The notes under the pieces: generated by a model
The model's database searches: none
What the model saw: only the letters and a program-made list of their open reading frames with translations
What the model was told of the DNA's origin: nothing
In this document: positions 15,192-17,835 of the stretch, one piece after another
Layout: the number at the start of each line of letters is the position of its first letter
Numbering within the stretch: position 1 is the first letter of the stretch
Origin: a bacterium
GTDB taxonomy: Bacteria; Desulfobacterota; DSWW01
NCBI GenBank assembly: GCA_040756235.1
Contig: JBFLZG010000061.1
Span: forward strand, 1 to 17,835
Direction: 5' to 3'
Length of the DNA: 17,835 bases
Program-made: the position numbers and the translations under genes

Positions 15192-15221
15192 TTGACACAC
15201 CATTGAGCCACCTGCTATCGT
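15192..15221 (+). promoter_or_regulatory. Candidate sigma70 promoter of the VWA gene
   Basis: TTGACA (15192-15197), 18 nt, TATCGT (15216-15221) with an upstream TG. GAGGAG RBS at 15261. Confidence 0.55.
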
Positions 15222-15273
15222 CCGCCCGTCTGCAAGCGGCCTTGAGTCGAGACCTTATCTGAGGAGATGCGCC

Positions 15274-17802
15274 ATGTCCCGTCCAAATGGAATGAGAATG
15301 AGCGCCGCGCGGCTGGTGGCGCTGTGCGCAGTGCTTTTTATGACGGTGGCATCGGCCGCCGAAGAACCTGCCAAGGTGGTTTTTGTCCTGGACGCCTCGG
15401 GTTCCATGTGGGGGCAGATCGAGGGCACGGCCAAGATCGTCATTGCCAAGAAGGTCCTGAACGATCTCATCGACGGTCTCCCTCAGGAGATGCAGGTAGG
15501 GCTTTTTGCCTACGGCCATCGCACCAAAGGAGACTGCCAGGACATCGAGATGCTCGTTCCGGTGGGCCCCCTCGATCGCAAGGCCCTGAAGGCCAGGATC
15601 GCGGCCCTCAACGCCAAGGGCAAGACCCCGCTGAGCGCGGCCGTGCAGCAGGCGGCCAAGGCGCTGCGCTACACCGAAGAGAAAGCCACGGTGATTCTGG
15701 TGAGCGACGGGCTGGAGACCTGCCATGCCGATCCGTGCGGGCTGGCGGCCGAGCTGGCCATGAGCGGCGTGGATTTCACGGTGCACGTGGTCGGGTTTGA
15801 TGTAACCAAGGAGGAACAGGCCCAGCTGCGCTGTCTGGCGGACAAGACTGGCGGCTTGTTCCTGGCGGCCGGCAACGCCCAATCCCTGCGCGATGCCCTG
15901 ACCCAGACAGTGGCCAAGAGCAAAGAGCCCCCGAAACCGGTGGTCGAGGATCCGGGCACGGCCAAGCTGACGGCGCCGGCCTCGGTCCCCGCAGGATCCG
16001 AATTCGAGGTTCAGTGGCAGGGTCCGGACAGCCGCAACGACTACATCGCCATCGCGCGCAAAGACCACAAAGACCGGGCGTACCGCCATTACGTTTATAC
16101 CGAAAAAGGCAACCCGGCCTGCCTGAGGGCTCCCGGAGACACGGGAGACCATGAGCTGCGCTACGTTCATGCCCAAACGGGCAAGGTCATCGGGAAGGCC
16201 GACATCAAGGTAACGCCGGTTGAGGCCAGCCTGAAACCACCTGCGTCCGCGCAGGTCGCCCGCGAGTTCGACGTGGCCTGGGAAGGGCCGGACTACGAAG
16301 GGGATTATATCGCCATCTGCCGGCCGGAAGATCCTGACGACGCCTATCAAAACTACAGCTATACCCGCGGCGGTCATCCTGCCAGGCTGCGGGCGCCGTC
16401 CGATGCGGGCACGTATGAGGTCCGCTATATCATGGCAACCGACACCAAAGTGCTGGCCAGGGCGCTCGTCGCCATCGAGGGGGTCGGGGCGAAGGTCGAG
16501 GTCCCCGAGTTCGTCGATATGGCCGCCGAATTCGAGGTCCGTTGGCAGGGGCCGAACAACCCCGGCGACTACATTTCCATTGCGCTGCCGGGCGGTGATG
16601 GCAATGCCTATAAGGCCTACACCTACACGAAACAAGGGACCCCGCTGAAGCTGCGGGCGCCGTCCGATCCGGGCCAATACGAGGTGCGCTATATTCTGGA
16701 TCAGGGGCGCAAGATCCTGGCCCGAACGCCGATCACCGTTCTGGGTGTCGTGGCGTACGTCGAGCCGCCCGAGTCCGCCGCTGCGGCCGCCCAGTTCGAG
16801 GTCCGTTGGCAGGGGCCGAACAACCCCGGTGATTACATTTCCATTGCGCTGCCGGGCAGTGATGGCAATGCCTATAAGGCCTACACCTACACGAAACAAG
16901 GGACCCCGCTGAAGCTGCGGGCGCCGTCCGATCCGGGTCCGTACGAGGTGCGCTATGTCCTGAATCAGGGGAACAAAATCCTGGCCAAGGCGCCGATCAC
17001 CATCCAGGCGGTCACGGCGCAGGTCCAGGCGCCCGAGTCCGCCGCTGCGGCCGCCCAGTTCGAGGTCAGCTGGCAGGGGCCGAACAACCCCGGCGATTAC
17101 ATCTCCATCGCGCTGCCTGGCAGTGAAGGCAATGCCTACAAGGCTTATACCTACACGCGAGAGGGGACCCCGCTGAAGCTGCGGGCGCCGTCCGATCCGG
17201 GTCCGTACGAGGTGCGCTATATTCTGGATCAGGGGCGCAAGATCCTGGCCAGAGCGCCCATCAGCATCCAGGCCGTCACAGCGCAGGTCCAGGCCCCCGA
17301 GTCCGCGGATGTGGGCGCCGAATTCGAGGTCAGCTGGCAGGGACCGGACAACTCGGGCGACTACATCTCCATTGCGCTGCCGGGCGGCGGGGGCAGCGAC
17401 TATGCAGGCTACACCTACACGCGAGAGGGGACTCCTCTGAAGCTGCGGGCGCCGTCCGATCCGGGTCCGTACGAAGTGCGCTATATTCTGGATCAGGGGC
17501 GCAAGATCCTGGCCAGAGCGCCCATCACCATCCAGGCCGTCAGCGCCACGGTTTCGGCGCCGGCCGAGGTCGCCGCAGGAGCCGAGATCCTGGTGGCATG
17601 GCAAGGACCGAATTACGACGGCGATTATGTGACGATCGTTCCCGCCGGCGCTGACGATAGCGAGTACACTTCCTATTTCTATACAAGGGATGGATCGCCC
17701 GGCAAGCTCGAAGCTCCCTCAGAACCGGGAACCTATGAGGTGCGTTACATCCTGGATCAAGGAAGGAAGGCTCTGGGCAGGACCCGAATCACCGTCAAGT
17801 AG
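15274..17802 (+). CDS. Secreted VWA-domain protein with seven C-terminal Ig-like/beta-sandwich repeats
   Basis: Signal peptide (RLVALCAVLFMTVASAA). MIDAS residues in VFVLDASGSM, GKTPL and ILVSDG. Seven 88-aa repeats of the form FEVxWQGP..DYI..Y.Y....G.P..LRAP...G.YEVRY. Confidence 0.92.
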   Translation: MSRPNGMRMSAARLVALCAVLFMTVASAAEEPAKVVFVLDASGSMWGQIEGTAKIVIAKKVLNDLIDGLPQEMQVGLFAYGHRTKGDCQDIEMLVPVGPLDRKALKARIAALNAKGKTPLSAAVQQAAKALRYTEEKATVILVSDGLETCHADPCGLAAELAMSGVDFTVHVVGFDVTKEEQAQLRCLADKTGGLFLAAGNAQSLRDALTQTVAKSKEPPKPVVEDPGTAKLTAPASVPAGSEFEVQWQGPDSRNDYIAIARKDHKDRAYRHYVYTEKGNPACLRAPGDTGDHELRYVHAQTGKVIGKADIKVTPVEASLKPPASAQVAREFDVAWEGPDYEGDYIAICRPEDPDDAYQNYSYTRGGHPARLRAPSDAGTYEVRYIMATDTKVLARALVAIEGVGAKVEVPEFVDMAAEFEVRWQGPNNPGDYISIALPGGDGNAYKAYTYTKQGTPLKLRAPSDPGQYEVRYILDQGRKILARTPITVLGVVAYVEPPESAAAAAQFEVRWQGPNNPGDYISIALPGSDGNAYKAYTYTKQGTPLKLRAPSDPGPYEVRYVLNQGNKILAKAPITIQAVTAQVQAPESAAAAAQFEVSWQGPNNPGDYISIALPGSEGNAYKAYTYTREGTPLKLRAPSDPGPYEVRYILDQGRKILARAPISIQAVTAQVQAPESADVGAEFEVSWQGPDNSGDYISIALPGGGGSDYAGYTYTREGTPLKLRAPSDPGPYEVRYILDQGRKILARAPITIQAVSATVSAPAEVAAGAEILVAWQGPNYDGDYVTIVPAGADDSEYTSYFYTRDGSPGKLEAPSEPGTYEVRYILDQGRKALGRTRITVK
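15958..17799 (+). repeat. Seven intragenic tandem repeats with a 264-bp period
   Basis: The conserved Trp codon falls at 16015, 16279, 16543, 16807, 17071, 17335 and 17599, each exactly 264 bp apart. Confidence 0.95.
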
Positions 17803-17835
17803 AGACGATTCTACCTCGGGAAAGGGCGACGCATG

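Noticed and set aside
15958..17799. Diversity-generating retroelement or CRISPR interpretation of the repeats
   Set aside because: The repeats are in-frame protein domains, differences are not adenine-specific, and there is no reverse transcriptase, cas gene or repeat-spacer pattern.

Overview
GC-rich bacterial window, probably from an anaerobe (taxonomy not determinable here), with four parts. (1) 1-4438: [NiFe]-hydrogenase maturation genes hypF (5'-truncated by the window edge), hypC, hypD and hypE. (2) 4464-11521: a co-oriented signalling block of DRTGG protein, CBS-pair/RsbT-like Ser/Thr kinase, DRTGG-like protein, PHP phosphoesterase, Cache-HAMP histidine kinase and REC-PAS histidine kinase. 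Several families of palindromic REP/MITE-like repeats fill the intergenic gaps of parts 1 and 2, and one copy sits in frame inside hypF. (3) about 11870-14350: a visibly lower-GC integron gene-cassette array with no integrase in the window. It has a candidate promoter and attI-like site, two well-formed attC sites and one eroded attC. The cassettes encode a wHTH-HNH protein, a HEPN-like protein, and a two-gene HEPN (RxxxxH) plus PD-(D/E)xK unit, so all cargo is nuclease-like and may be anti-phage defence. A reverse-oriented AbrB/VapC toxin-antitoxin pair follows. (4) 15274-17802: a secreted VWA protein with seven tandem repeats of exactly 264 bp. All calls come from reading motifs by eye; no database searches were run.
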